Shown: piece after piece, positions 25,415 to 36,053 of the stretch
How positions within the stretch are numbered: the first letter of the stretch is position 1
Layout of the letters: each line of letters begins with the position of its first letter
Origin: a bacterium
GTDB taxonomy: Bacteria > Patescibacteriota > Microgenomatia > Levybacterales > UBA12049
Direction of reading: 5' to 3'
DNA length: 64,000 nt
NCBI GenBank assembly: GCA_021777565.1
Contig: JAJYDJ010000001.1
Location: 88,431-152,430, forward strand
Notes under the pieces: model-generated
Database searches by the model: none
What the model was told of the DNA's origin: nothing
Seen by the model: only the letters and a program-made list of their open reading frames with translations
Position numbers and translations under genes: made by a program

Positions 25415-27586
25415 CTATGGCTGTTCACCCCAACTGGTGAGTGTATCCTTCACTTTTTGATTATCGCCAAAGGTAGTGAGGAGATACCGGAGCTCACTTA
25501 CTGCTTCTGCTTCTTTTTGTTGATCAACAACTTTGCCTGCAGGATCGGTTGCCTGTTCGTGAAGGATTACACCAAGGGCAAAATACGCATCCTGATAAAT
25601 TGGACGAAGTTGGATAGTCTTTCTCAACATCGCAACAGCTTCGTCATTTTTGCCATTCTGGGAAAGAATAAGTCCATAATTGTAGGCAATCTTGGCATCA
25701 GTTGGAGCGAGCATGTGAGCGGTCTGGATGGCTTTAAGGGCTTGCGGCATAAATTGAGCAAAAGCAGTATCGTTAAGCTGTGCGAGGGTATACATAATAC
25801 GTACTCTGGTTTTCCAATAAGTCACGATATTTGGGTGTTGAGTGATGGTTTGGTCACTGAGCTCTACGGCTTGCTTGGCCAGTTGTGCTGCCTGAGAAGC
25901 ATCTTTGTTGGCTGCGTAGGCGCTGGCGAGGATAGCGGTATTGACGGAAAGTTCATCGCTAAATGTTGGTTCGTCGGGTCTGGCAGTGTAGGCATCCATG
26001 AGTGGCTGATAGGCACGATCGTATGCATTGGCGTGGTCAAGATTAAATCCATAGGCATAGGCTCGATCTGCGGCCCAATAGTTCATGAGGATCAGAATAA
26101 GGTAAACCCCAACAACTGCGCTGAGAAGGAAGCCACCATATTGCAGGGTAGTAAAACGGACTTGTTTGAAAGAAATCTCTTTTTGTGGCTCTGAAGTAAG
26201 AAGTATGGCAAGAGCTGGGAATACAAAGAGAAAAAGGTTAATCACGACAACCGAGAATCCAAAAAAGTTAGAGACAATCATCGTGACATATCCACCAAGC
26301 AGTGAGAGCACAAGAATCTTTGTGTGATCAGAATTTTTTGTTTTGAGAATGATTTTACTCATGAGAAAAACTGCCATACCAATCACAGCCAAGTAGGTGA
26401 GAAGTCCTATTGCACCAGTAGTTGCAAGATAGTTCAGGTATTCATTGTGAGCTTTGTTATAAAGATAATCCCACTCGGATGTCATGTTATGCCCTGCTGG
26501 TCTATATAAATAGTAGACAAAGGCAAATGTCTCAACACCTGATCCAAAAAGTGGATAATGCCTCCATGCATCCAGTGCGCCCCTCCAGACATAGAGACGG
26601 ATAGTACCACTGTCTGTCCCGCCCAGCTCACCAACAGGTTGGGCGGTCGTTGGCGCAGTAATCTTGGCAACTGGATGTGCTTTTTCTATCATTGCTTGGC
26701 GAATGCCAGGATAAGTAAATTTATCAAGCTGATTAAATGGGGTACCAGTGAAGAAAGTAATAACAACTATTACTGCAAAGATACTTCCGATAACATATCC
26801 TGCTTGCTTGATGTTTTTTGTATGCATCCAGAGATATCCGGCTGCCATGACTCCTAGTCCTGCAATAAGTCCCAAAAATCCTCCACGTGAGCTGGTGTAA
26901 AGAAAACAGAGATAAAACAACACACTTAGGAGCCCATATCCTGCAGTCACGTAGTATCTCTTCTCTTGCCAATAATTCAGTGCAAATCCCAGTGAGAGAG
27001 GGACAAGGGAGACAAGATAGGCGGCTAACCAATCTGGTTGGCCGAGCGTTGAGAAAATACGTACTTTTGGCTGAAATGCATCTGTCCAACACGATACATC
27101 CAATGTCCCACGGAATATATAGCAGGTTGGGTCATAGCCAAAATGACTGGGGAGTCCCCACAGACATACGGCAAGTCCTGAAAGCAGCGTCACTTGCAAA
27201 AGACGCGTCACTTTCATGCCATGCCAATTACTGATAAGTGCATAGTAGATGAATATATAGGAGAGAATGGAGAACATGCCGCCGTTGAATCGCGAATAGT
27301 ACCCCCACCAAGAGACATGGGTATCCAGAGACATAAACGTAGACAAAAGTTGTGAAATGATGAAAAGAACGAGTGGGATATCAAGAATGGTACGTTTAAA
27401 AATAACGCGTTTCTCAGCGATCATGCGCCATATCCAAAGTACACCGACAATGATGGCAAAGATGAACGTCAGCCACATTTTATTAAATTCAAATAATTCT
27501 GATGTGTCACCCCAGAAGGTAAGAGGAACGAGAAAAAAGTAGATATAAAATGACCAACGAATAAGTTTGGGGAGAAGACTCATCAT
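25415..27586 (-). CDS. O-antigen ligase/polymerase-like membrane domain fused to C-terminal TPR repeats
   Basis: About 10 or more TM helices plus a Wzy_C-like loop; C-terminal TPR-like repeats. Start placed at the MMSLLPK ATGs; the ORF track extends to 27658. Confidence 0.65.
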   Translation of the reverse strand: MMSLLPKLIRWSFYIYFFLVPLTFWGDTSELFEFNKMWLTFIFAIIVGVLWIWRMIAEKRVIFKRTILDIPLVLFIISQLLSTFMSLDTHVSWWGYYSRFNGGMFSILSYIFIYYALISNWHGMKVTRLLQVTLLSGLAVCLWGLPSHFGYDPTCYIFRGTLDVSCWTDAFQPKVRIFSTLGQPDWLAAYLVSLVPLSLGFALNYWQEKRYYVTAGYGLLSVLFYLCFLYTSSRGGFLGLIAGLGVMAAGYLWMHTKNIKQAGYVIGSIFAVIVVITFFTGTPFNQLDKFTYPGIRQAMIEKAHPVAKITAPTTAQPVGELGGTDSGTIRLYVWRGALDAWRHYPLFGSGVETFAFVYYLYRPAGHNMTSEWDYLYNKAHNEYLNYLATTGAIGLLTYLAVIGMAVFLMSKIILKTKNSDHTKILVLSLLGGYVTMIVSNFFGFSVVVINLFLFVFPALAILLTSEPQKEISFKQVRFTTLQYGGFLLSAVVGVYLILILMNYWAADRAYAYGFNLDHANAYDRAYQPLMDAYTARPDEPTFSDELSVNTAILASAYAANKDASQAAQLAKQAVELSDQTITQHPNIVTYWKTRVRIMYTLAQLNDTAFAQFMPQALKAIQTAHMLAPTDAKIAYNYGLILSQNGKNDEAVAMLRKTIQLRPIYQDAYFALGVILHEQATDPAGKVVDQQKEAEAVSELRYLLTTFGDNQKVKDTLTSWGEQP

Positions 27587-27672
27587 GATTTTTAGTATAT
27601 CAGAACTTTTATTTCTTTGTTGCAATAAGGAAATAATGTGCGATAATCCAGCTTCCATGCTATAATCAGCTC

Positions 27673-28818
27673 ATGCAATTTGTAAATAACTTCTTCGGCC
27701 TTTTCTCCCACGATATCGGTATAGATTTGGGCACTGCGAATACGCTCGTTTGGGTCAGAGGGAAGGGCATTGTTATCCGTGAACCGTCCGTTGTTGCTAG
27801 GCACAGAAAAACAAAAGAAGTGATCGCCATTGGGACTGAGGCAAAATTAATGGTCGGGAAGACACCAGCAACGATAGAAACTGTGCGCCCACTTCGTGAA
27901 GGAGTCATCGCTGATTTTGATGCTGCCCGTGTGATGGTAGAACACTATGTAAAAGAAGTAAAATCCCGTCGTAATGATATGACAGCCGCCCTAGCAAGAC
28001 CTCGAGTTGCTATTGGCATCCCTTCATCCAGTACTGAAGTGCAGCGTCGTGCGGTCTGGGAGGCTGCCTTATCAGCAGGTGCTCGAGAAGCATTTTTAGT
28101 TGAAGAACCAATGGCTGCGGCAATTGGCGCTGGAGTCTCTGTTTTTGCCCCAACTGGTGTGATGGTAGTTGATATGGGGGGAGGCACCACAGAAATTGCG
28201 ATTATTTCTCTGGGTGGTATTGTGGTAAGCAGGTCACTTCCTATCGCTGGCGATAATTTTGACGAAGCGATTGTTCACTATATCCGCCTCAGGCACGGAT
28301 TGTTGATTGGCGAGAGAACAGCAGAAGAATTAAAAATAAGTATTGGCAGTGCCTATGAGCTAACCCCAAAACAAGAAAAAGCGAAAAAGAAGAAGAAAGA
28401 AGATGAAGAAGAGGCAGAAGAAACTGAAGAAGAAGAAAGTGAAGAAAAGAAAACTGGTGAAAAGGTTGCTGTTATTCGCGGGCGTGATTTAGAAACAGGA
28501 CTACCAAAAAGTATTCGTATTCACACCCATGAAGTCAGGGAAGCACTTATGCCGGTTTTGATGGAAATTATTAGTGCGATTATGGACATTGTCCATGATG
28601 CACCACCAGAGTTGACCAGTGATATTTTGGAGCATGGCATATTGGTAACTGGTGGTGGATCACTACTTCCTGGAGTTGATCGACTGATTGTTGAACATAC
28701 CAAAATCCCAGTACTGCTTGCAGAAGATCCACTTACGACAGTGGTGAGAGGTTGTGGGAAGGTTTTGGAAGATATGCCAATGCTTGATCGCGTCAAAGTA
28801 ACGGGTGGATTGAAGTAA
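27673..28818 (+). CDS. mreB: Rod shape-determining protein MreB (with acidic low-complexity insertion)
   Basis: 'GIDLGTANTLVWV', 'VVDMGGGTTEIAII' actin-fold motifs; insertion 'KEKAKKKKKEDEEEAEETEEEESEEKK'; TATAAT-N6-ATG. Confidence 0.9.
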   Translation: MQFVNNFFGLFSHDIGIDLGTANTLVWVRGKGIVIREPSVVARHRKTKEVIAIGTEAKLMVGKTPATIETVRPLREGVIADFDAARVMVEHYVKEVKSRRNDMTAALARPRVAIGIPSSSTEVQRRAVWEAALSAGAREAFLVEEPMAAAIGAGVSVFAPTGVMVVDMGGGTTEIAIISLGGIVVSRSLPIAGDNFDEAIVHYIRLRHGLLIGERTAEELKISIGSAYELTPKQEKAKKKKKEDEEEAEETEEEESEEKKTGEKVAVIRGRDLETGLPKSIRIHTHEVREALMPVLMEIISAIMDIVHDAPPELTSDILEHGILVTGGGSLLPGVDRLIVEHTKIPVLLAEDPLTTVVRGCGKVLEDMPMLDRVKVTGGLK

Positions 28819-28849
28819 CAAGCTTCTTCTGTTGTGCTATTATAGCTGC

Positions 28850-30568
28850 ATGAAAGTGGGACCATCATTCTCCAATAATATTTATAGTCCAAAAACAAAA
28901 AGTCGCAGCATTGAGTCAGAACCAACACAAAAACCGTGGTTATTGTTTGCTCTTTTAATAGGATTTCTTCTTTTCCTTAGTGGACGTTTATTCTTACTTC
29001 AAATTATCAATGGATTTTCCTATCGTCAGCTCTCAGATGTGAATAGAACCAAAACAATAACGATTCCTGCCCCACGAGGTATTTTTACTGACCGTAATGG
29101 GGTCCCTCTTGTTGAAAACATTGCTTCCAGCGCCAGTCTTTTGAAAAACCAAATTGATCCATCAGCATTTTTAGCACAACGAGCATACCCCTATGGGTCA
29201 ACCTTTGCTCATGTGTTAGGGTATGTAGGGAAAATTAGCGCTGATGATCTGAACGATCCTACCTATGCGGGATATACTGCGAATAATTATGTCGGCCGTG
29301 CAGGTCTGGAGGAATATTATGAATCTGATCTTCGAGGTGTTGATGGGAGAAGACTGATTGAAGTAAATGCTCAAGGGAATTTCATTCGTGTCCTTGGCGA
29401 TGCAGACCCAATCCCAGGAGCAACGCTCCAGACTACCCTTGATTTGAAAATGCAGCAAGCCGCGGTGGCAGCCATGAGAGATGTTAAGAAAGGGGCTGCG
29501 GTTGTCTCAACCCCACAAGGAGAAATTTTGGCAATTGTTAGTAAGCCTGATTATGACCCTAATCTTTTCTCCCTTGGTCATCAGTTGCCGGGAGCGACCG
29601 TGAGTGCTTACCCGAGCGTTGCGTCAATTGTAAGAGACAATGAGAACCAACCACTTCTGGATCGAGCGATCGCAGGACTATACCCTCCAGGATCAACGTT
29701 CAAACTTATTGTCGCAACTGGGGCTTTGGAAGAACACCTGATTGATGCAAATTTTGTGGTCGAAGATACCGGCATTTTGACACTTGGCGGATTCTCTTTC
29801 GCCAACTGGTACTACACCCAATATGGTAAAGTTGATGGACTCGTAAATGTAGTAAAAGCAATTCAAAGATCAAATGATATTTTCTTTTATAAGGTCGGAA
29901 GTATGCTTGGTGCTGACAGAATTGCTGCCTGGGCAACTAAATTTCATTTGGGACAAAAAACGGGTATCGATCTTTTTGGAGAGGCAAAAGGGCTCGTCCC
30001 AACGAAGGAGTGGAAACAACAGGTACTCCATGAAGATTGGTACACGGGGGATGATTACCATTATGGTATTGGACAAGGATTTCTTCTGGTAACGCCACTG
30101 CAAGTGAATTTGTATACTCAAGCAATTGCCAACAATGGCACTATTTACCAGCCTCATCTGCTGTTACACACCAGTCCAAAAGTATTGGCAACACATATCA
30201 TGCAACAAAGTACGATTGATCTGCTGCGACAAGGGATGATTGCGGTGTGTAGTCCAGGCGGGGTCGCTTGGCCACTCTTTAACTACAGTACGAACCAGCA
30301 AATCACTGGAGGGCTTGGTGATGACTATTATGAACTGCCCTCTTCTGCTTCAGCAAAACCAAATAGTGTGGGTGTACGAATTGCCTGTAAGACAGGTACT
30401 GCAGAACATGGTGATACTACGCAGGAGCCCCATGCCTGGATTACTGTCATGGCACCCGCGTACCACCCACAAATTATTATTACCGTGCTTTCAGAAAGTA
30501 GTGGAGAAGGGTCCAATGTGGCAGGCCCTATCGCCAAGCAAATCCTTGATGCCTGGTTTAATAAGTAA
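28850..30568 (+). CDS. mrdA: Penicillin-binding protein 2 (peptidoglycan D,D-transpeptidase)
   Basis: SxxK 'STFK', SxN 'SND', KTG 'KTGTAE'; N-terminal TM. ATG at 28850 (ORF-track TTG at 28832). Confidence 0.85.
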   Translation: MKVGPSFSNNIYSPKTKSRSIESEPTQKPWLLFALLIGFLLFLSGRLFLLQIINGFSYRQLSDVNRTKTITIPAPRGIFTDRNGVPLVENIASSASLLKNQIDPSAFLAQRAYPYGSTFAHVLGYVGKISADDLNDPTYAGYTANNYVGRAGLEEYYESDLRGVDGRRLIEVNAQGNFIRVLGDADPIPGATLQTTLDLKMQQAAVAAMRDVKKGAAVVSTPQGEILAIVSKPDYDPNLFSLGHQLPGATVSAYPSVASIVRDNENQPLLDRAIAGLYPPGSTFKLIVATGALEEHLIDANFVVEDTGILTLGGFSFANWYYTQYGKVDGLVNVVKAIQRSNDIFFYKVGSMLGADRIAAWATKFHLGQKTGIDLFGEAKGLVPTKEWKQQVLHEDWYTGDDYHYGIGQGFLLVTPLQVNLYTQAIANNGTIYQPHLLLHTSPKVLATHIMQQSTIDLLRQGMIAVCSPGGVAWPLFNYSTNQQITGGLGDDYYELPSSASAKPNSVGVRIACKTGTAEHGDTTQEPHAWITVMAPAYHPQIIITVLSESSGEGSNVAGPIAKQILDAWFNK

Positions 30569-30624
30569 GGCCCCTGTGATAAATCGCACCAGTTTCTCAA
30601 CATAGCTTCTTTATACTCATCTGT

Positions 30625-31701
30625 ATGGATGAGCGATTTTTTTATCTTCCTTTTGTCCTGTGTCCTCAGATTGGACCAAGCCGATTTACAAAGTTATTGA
30701 AATATTTTGGCACTGCTAAAGAAGCATTTGGCGCTGATGAAAAGTCACTACTGGCAAGTGGAATAGGGCAATCCTCAGTAGGATCATTGATAGATTTTCG
30801 AAAGACCTTTTCTTTAGAAAAGTGCATCCAAGATTTAGAAAAAAAACATATTTCGTTTGTGACGACACAAGAGAGAGACTATCCAGAGTTATTGAAAGAA
30901 GCCGCCGCCCCACCTCTCGTGTTGTTTTATAAAGGATATGCGGATGCGCTGAAAAAGAGGCCAACGATTGGGGTCGTGGGGACGCGCAAAATCAGTTCCT
31001 ATGGCATCAGCGTAACACAGAGTTTTGTAAAAGAATTAGTAGCGGCAGGGTGTGTCATTGTTTCAGGGCTTGCATTTGGTGTCGACAGCGTCGCACACGA
31101 AGCAACTCTTGCAGCACAAGGAGTTACCATTGCAGTTCTTGGAAGCGGGGTAGATATCTGTAGCCCCGTAGAACATCAACGATTATATGATCGCATCATC
31201 GCCAATAATGGCATCGTTGTCAGTGCATTCCCGCCAGGGACTGTCCCCAGTCGCTTTACATTTCCTGCACGCAATAGTATTATTGCCGGGCTGTCTGAAG
31301 CACTTTTGGTCACTGAAGCAGCCGCAGATAGTGGGTCACTTATTACTGCCACTGCGGAACGGAGACTTAGCCGTCCGGTCTGTGCGGTTCCGGGGCCAGT
31401 TACTCATAGTCTTTCAGTGGGAACTAATATGCTCCTGAGAGAAGGAAGTCAGGTGGCAACGGGTGCTGATGATATCTTGCATGCAATCAAAAGGAAGGTG
31501 CATTTTGAAACTGTTCGTGTGAAAAACGCTTTATCGCTGGGACAACAAGAAATTCTTGAGGCACTCAAATGTGAAGACTTGCATTTTGATCAGATAGTCC
31601 GGACAATAGGTAAACCAGCATCATATATTGGGAGTCAATTATCCATGTTGGAGTTACTAGGATACATAAAAAATAATGGGGGAATATATAGTATCGTCTG
31701 A
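30625..31701 (+). CDS. dprA: DNA processing protein DprA (Smf)
   Basis: 'IGVVGTRKISSYG...VIVSGLAFGVDSVAHEATL' Rossmann-like DprA core. Confidence 0.85.
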   Translation: MDERFFYLPFVLCPQIGPSRFTKLLKYFGTAKEAFGADEKSLLASGIGQSSVGSLIDFRKTFSLEKCIQDLEKKHISFVTTQERDYPELLKEAAAPPLVLFYKGYADALKKRPTIGVVGTRKISSYGISVTQSFVKELVAAGCVIVSGLAFGVDSVAHEATLAAQGVTIAVLGSGVDICSPVEHQRLYDRIIANNGIVVSAFPPGTVPSRFTFPARNSIIAGLSEALLVTEAAADSGSLITATAERRLSRPVCAVPGPVTHSLSVGTNMLLREGSQVATGADDILHAIKRKVHFETVRVKNALSLGQQEILEALKCEDLHFDQIVRTIGKPASYIGSQLSMLELLGYIKNNGGIYSIV

Positions 31702-31742
31702 ATTGTGAAAAATTTTTCTGATATACTATGTTCTAGTTAAAT

Positions 31743-33857
31743 ATGAAATTAGTTATTGTAGAATCACCAACCAAAGCAAAAACTATCGGGAAATTCCTGG
31801 GGAGTGAATTTGTCGTAAAAGCTTCTATGGGACATGTGATGGATCTGCCCAAGTCAAAACTAGGTGTTGATACGCTGAACAATTTTAATCCTCAATTTGA
31901 GATAAGCGAGGGCAAAAAGAGTACAATTTCCGAGCTTCAAAAGCTGGCTTCTGAGTCAGACGGCGTTATCCTAGCATCTGATCCTGATCGTGAAGGAGAA
32001 GCCATCGCGTATCACATAAGCCAACTCCTCCGAGAGAAACTATCGGCTAAGAAGTCTAAGGCAAAATCAGCAAAAAACGAGACCTCATCTTCGGGAATAC
32101 CATTCCAGCGTATTGTTTTCCACGAAATCACGAAAGATGCCATCCGTAATGCATTGGAGCACCCAGGTGTGATAGACACCCATTTAGTAGATGCGCAGAC
32201 GGCACGTCGAGTGCTAGATCGACTTGTGGGATACAAACTCTCACCAATTTTATGGCAGAAAGTTCGTCGTGGTCTTTCAGCAGGACGTGTCCAAAGTGTT
32301 GCCCTGCGCCTTATTGTAGAAAGAGAAAAAGAAATTGAAAAATTTGGTAAGGAACCATACTGGACTATCACCGCGACCCTTTCCAAAGACAAAAAAGAAG
32401 TTGAGTTTGAACTGGTTTCTATTAATGATGAAAAAATTGAGCAGCAGAATTCATTTCAATTATATGATGGTGATTACACTGTCACCAAAACAACCATTAC
32501 TACTCAGGAAAAAGCAGATACGATTCTTGAAGCATTGAAGAAAAAAGAATTTGTTGTCAGTGATGTGGCAAAGAAGGAAACAAAGCGTAGCCCTCAGCCG
32601 CCATTTACAACCTCAACACTGCAACAGCAGGCTTCTCAGCGGTTTGGGTTCTCAGGGAAACGAACCATGAGTCTCGCACAAAAACTTTATGAAGAAGGAT
32701 TTATTACCTATCATCGTACTGACAGCGTTCATCTGGCCGAGACCTCAGTTACGCAGATGAGAGATTTTGTGGTGAAGAAATTTGGTGAATCCTATGTGCC
32801 TGAAAAAGTACGTCTTTTTTCAACCAAACAGAAATTAGCACAAGAAGCACATGAAGCAATTCGCCCAACTGATGTAAATAAAACTGAAGAGTATGTACGT
32901 GATAGTCTCGGTGCTGCGTATGCCAAAATCTATCAGCTTATTTGGTCACGAGCCCTTGCTTCACAAATGGCAGATGCACGAGTAGAGTCGACGACTGTCC
33001 TGGTCGAGACTAAACCGGTACCTGAAAAATATGTTTTTAAAACAACAGGGTCGATTTTACTTTTTGAAGGATTTCTTAAAGTGAATCCGTTTGGACTCAG
33101 TGATCGACAACTTCCTGATTTTGTTTCAGGTGAAACCATCCCGACAGTACAGACGATTGCTATAGCTCATGAGACACCTGCGCCACCGCGCTATAACGAC
33201 GCATCACTGATTAAGTCACTAGAAGAAGAAGGCATTGGTCGTCCAAGTACCTATGCGACGATTATTTCAGTGTTGGAAGAGCGCACCTATGTAGAAAGAA
33301 AAGATGGTAGATTTTACCCAACGGCGGTAGGTAATGCAGTAAATGATTTCCTCGTGAAATATTTCTCAACGATTGATGACGTGCCATTTACCGCGAGTAT
33401 GGAAGACCAGTTAGATGAAGTTGCTGAAGGTAAAAAAGATTGGGTACCAGTCATCAGGGAATTCTACACACCATTTGAAAAACAATTAACTGAAGTATCA
33501 AAAACGGCAGAAAGAGTTCAAATTGCTACTGAAGATACAGGTGAAATCTGCCCACTTGATGGAGCTCCCTTGGTCATACGTACTGGTCGATTTGGTAAAT
33601 TTATTTCCTGTAAAAATTTCCCGACCTGTGAATATAAGAAAGCATATGTTGAAGAAACGAACTTCCTGTGTCCAAAAGATGGAGGGAAAATTATCGCACG
33701 CAAAACCAAAAAAGGACGTACGTTTTATGGATGCAATAACTATCCCAACTGTGATTTTGCTGTCTGGAAGCTCTCTGATATTAAAAAAGGGGTAGGGAAT
33801 GAAACAGATTCTGCGAAAAAAACGACACGAAAGAGGACGGCAAAAAAGACGAAATAA
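31743..33857 (+). CDS. topA: DNA topoisomerase I
   Basis: Toprim 'LVIVESPTKAKTI', C-terminal C4 zinc fingers and a Lys-rich tail. Confidence 0.9.
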   Translation: MKLVIVESPTKAKTIGKFLGSEFVVKASMGHVMDLPKSKLGVDTLNNFNPQFEISEGKKSTISELQKLASESDGVILASDPDREGEAIAYHISQLLREKLSAKKSKAKSAKNETSSSGIPFQRIVFHEITKDAIRNALEHPGVIDTHLVDAQTARRVLDRLVGYKLSPILWQKVRRGLSAGRVQSVALRLIVEREKEIEKFGKEPYWTITATLSKDKKEVEFELVSINDEKIEQQNSFQLYDGDYTVTKTTITTQEKADTILEALKKKEFVVSDVAKKETKRSPQPPFTTSTLQQQASQRFGFSGKRTMSLAQKLYEEGFITYHRTDSVHLAETSVTQMRDFVVKKFGESYVPEKVRLFSTKQKLAQEAHEAIRPTDVNKTEEYVRDSLGAAYAKIYQLIWSRALASQMADARVESTTVLVETKPVPEKYVFKTTGSILLFEGFLKVNPFGLSDRQLPDFVSGETIPTVQTIAIAHETPAPPRYNDASLIKSLEEEGIGRPSTYATIISVLEERTYVERKDGRFYPTAVGNAVNDFLVKYFSTIDDVPFTASMEDQLDEVAEGKKDWVPVIREFYTPFEKQLTEVSKTAERVQIATEDTGEICPLDGAPLVIRTGRFGKFISCKNFPTCEYKKAYVEETNFLCPKDGGKIIARKTKKGRTFYGCNNYPNCDFAVWKLSDIKKGVGNETDSAKKTTRKRTAKKTK

Positions 33858-33860
33858 TCC

Positions 33861-34901
33861 TTACTGCAATTGATTCTTCTGGATCCAACTCCATGCTTCC
33901 TGGACAAGTGAGAGCATCGCTGGATCATTCCCAGCTGTTTGGTGTACATCACATGCTGGTCCCATACTAAATGCGGCAACACCAGTTACATGAATTTGCT
34001 GATATGCCTGCAGTACTGCATCGATATCACTGGGTTGGAGTTGTTCAACAACATCTGCAATTGGTGTATGACAATCACTAAAACTGTATCGTTGTCCTTC
34101 AAATGCTTGATAGACGCCAACTATTGGGGGAGGGGTTTTGCCGGTCGGAAGTTGATCTTGTTGGACGAGCTGTGCCATTTGAGGGATGAGCGTATTGGCA
34201 ACATTGGCAGTGCCGCCATCATAGTGTGGATAGGGATAGAAAAAGATGACATCAGCAATGCCATAGGTATAGTTGTGTTGCAATCCGACTGGCTCTCCAT
34301 ATCCCGCAAGAATCAAATGTGATGGATCAGGATCAATTGAGCGAATAAGATCATGCAGTTGCTGCAAGGCTGGTTTCATATCACAGTAATTGCCTGCACT
34401 ATCTCGTACATCATCGTCCTTGATCCAGTATCCGCCAAAAATAGGACTCTGGTAGTTATTGGTAATAAGATTTTTGGCATTTTGCAAATCTCCTGACGTT
34501 ATGACACAGGTCCCTGGTTGATAGGAGATGGCGCTAAAAAGCGTCATGTATGCTTTCATATTATGTGCAAGAAGTGCCTGTCCGACAGAAGAACCGGCAG
34601 CGAAAACACTGGGGTCATAACTGATGATATAGCTCATGCCATTTTGGGCAGCCAGGTCGACATCACTTACTGAGGAGGCAATAAAAGCGCCATGGATACC
34701 AGGACCTTTGAGGGCAGTGAGAGAAAAAATCTGTAATCCGTTGGTATTGGGATTGGGGGTTGGGGCTACCATGGCAAGGGCGGCACCGCTGAGATCTTGG
34801 GGATTTACCCGGCTAAAATTGATTCCTCCGGTGAGATATACCGCGAAGGTAAGAATGATGACAATGATATAAATTTCACTATTATCGAGAAGGTGGCGCA
34901 T
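33861..34901 (-). CDS. Membrane-anchored/secreted hypothetical protein
   Basis: N-terminal TM; 346 aa; no clear motif. Confidence 0.5.
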   Translation of the reverse strand: MRHLLDNSEIYIIVIILTFAVYLTGGINFSRVNPQDLSGAALAMVAPTPNPNTNGLQIFSLTALKGPGIHGAFIASSVSDVDLAAQNGMSYIISYDPSVFAAGSSVGQALLAHNMKAYMTLFSAISYQPGTCVITSGDLQNAKNLITNNYQSPIFGGYWIKDDDVRDSAGNYCDMKPALQQLHDLIRSIDPDPSHLILAGYGEPVGLQHNYTYGIADVIFFYPYPHYDGGTANVANTLIPQMAQLVQQDQLPTGKTPPPIVGVYQAFEGQRYSFSDCHTPIADVVEQLQPSDIDAVLQAYQQIHVTGVAAFSMGPACDVHQTAGNDPAMLSLVQEAWSWIQKNQLQ

Positions 34902-34940
34902 ATATACAGTGTCGCAGATACTTACCTTTGGGGCAAGCTA

Positions 34941-35822
34941 TTATTGGCTGATTTGTGGCCATGCATTCAGAACCGCATTGAGATAGTCAGAATACACTTG
35001 CCATGTTGCATCGGAATAGCTGCCTAGGCCAAATGGTTTGCCTTTTGGATCAGCGGGGACGGTAGCGGGGCTGAGTGCATCGGCATCTATGTAGGCACTA
35101 ATTTTGGGATCACGGGAAATAATAGAAATACCTTGTGTATTAAGCGCCCCCACGGTAGCAGGCGGGATGTAGCTGCTGCCAATTTTTTGTGTAACCGGGG
35201 ATGCGATACTTTGTAGGTTATACCCAGCACCATAAATATTTTGTACTGCCTCATCAATGAGTGTCTGTGCGCCAGCAAATTGATGTCCCATCCCCAGCTG
35301 CCAGGCACCAGAACTGGTATCGGGACAAACACCAGTTGGACTATACTGGCTGCCACCAAGAGAAGGGCAGTAGCTAAATGTCCAGAAATCAAATCCAGCT
35401 CTCCCAACTTCTACACCATACCACCACAACACCAGTGGCAAGTCCACGTGGTTACTTGGGTGAGCAGTATTATATGCCTGCACACCAGCAAGGGCATAGG
35501 GATAAGCTGCCTGCAGTCTTTGAAGTGTTGCTGGATCAATAGTCAGCTGTTGATCTGGAGTAACAAAATGATAGGTCGTGATGTAGTACTGCATGTCTAC
35601 ACTGGCGGGTGGTGCATAGGTTGTCTGCACGGCAAATGTGTTCATCTGCAAGGCTGATGGATTGGTAGACGTTGTCGCTGGCTGAAGTGTTTGGCTCACT
35701 ATTGTCGTCGGGTCGACAGGGGATTTGTAGTTCGTGTCCACAAGCCCTCCAGCAAGAATAAATCCAATGACTACACAGGCAAGAAGGATGATTACTTCGA
35801 TCACTCCGGATTGTTGCTTCAT
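34941..35822 (-). CDS. Membrane-anchored/secreted hypothetical protein
   Basis: N-terminal TM; 293 aa. Confidence 0.5.
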   Translation of the reverse strand: MKQQSGVIEVIILLACVVIGFILAGGLVDTNYKSPVDPTTIVSQTLQPATTSTNPSALQMNTFAVQTTYAPPASVDMQYYITTYHFVTPDQQLTIDPATLQRLQAAYPYALAGVQAYNTAHPSNHVDLPLVLWWYGVEVGRAGFDFWTFSYCPSLGGSQYSPTGVCPDTSSGAWQLGMGHQFAGAQTLIDEAVQNIYGAGYNLQSIASPVTQKIGSSYIPPATVGALNTQGISIISRDPKISAYIDADALSPATVPADPKGKPFGLGSYSDATWQVYSDYLNAVLNAWPQISQ

Positions 35823-36053
35823 ACAATTATTGTAGCAAAGTTAGGCGCCAATAATTTCTCTAAAGGCATCACGAAGCGCGTTTTTGATAATTTGAAGCAC
35901 TGAAACAATGAATCCGATGATGGCTCTGAGAACCCATGGGCCATAATTAACCGTGTATTTACGAATTGTCCCAAAAAATTCTGCACTCGTCATTAGGTAC
36001 AGTATGCGCTCCTTTTGCTTCATATGCAACGGCACTCATGGTATACTAGCCTC

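Noticed and set aside
25355-26194. 279-aa plus-strand ORF antisense to the O-antigen-ligase/TPR gene, and similar long antisense ORFs (22861-23340, 45479-45919, 50539-51027)
   Set aside because: They lie opposite strongly supported genes with recognisable motifs. They have low-complexity or odd composition and no start context.
28375-28455. Purine-rich GAA/AAG repetitive tract, superficially repeat-like
   Set aside because: It is in frame within mreB and encodes the K/E-rich insertion. It has no spacer-repeat periodicity, so it is not a CRISPR array or satellite.
30606-30640. Hairpin CTCATC-tgtatg-GATGAG followed by a T-run, overlapping the dprA start codon (possible attenuator)
   Set aside because: The stem is short (6 bp) and the T-run is part of the coding sequence (Phe-Phe-Tyr). 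It is more likely coincidental, so it is not reported as a regulatory feature.
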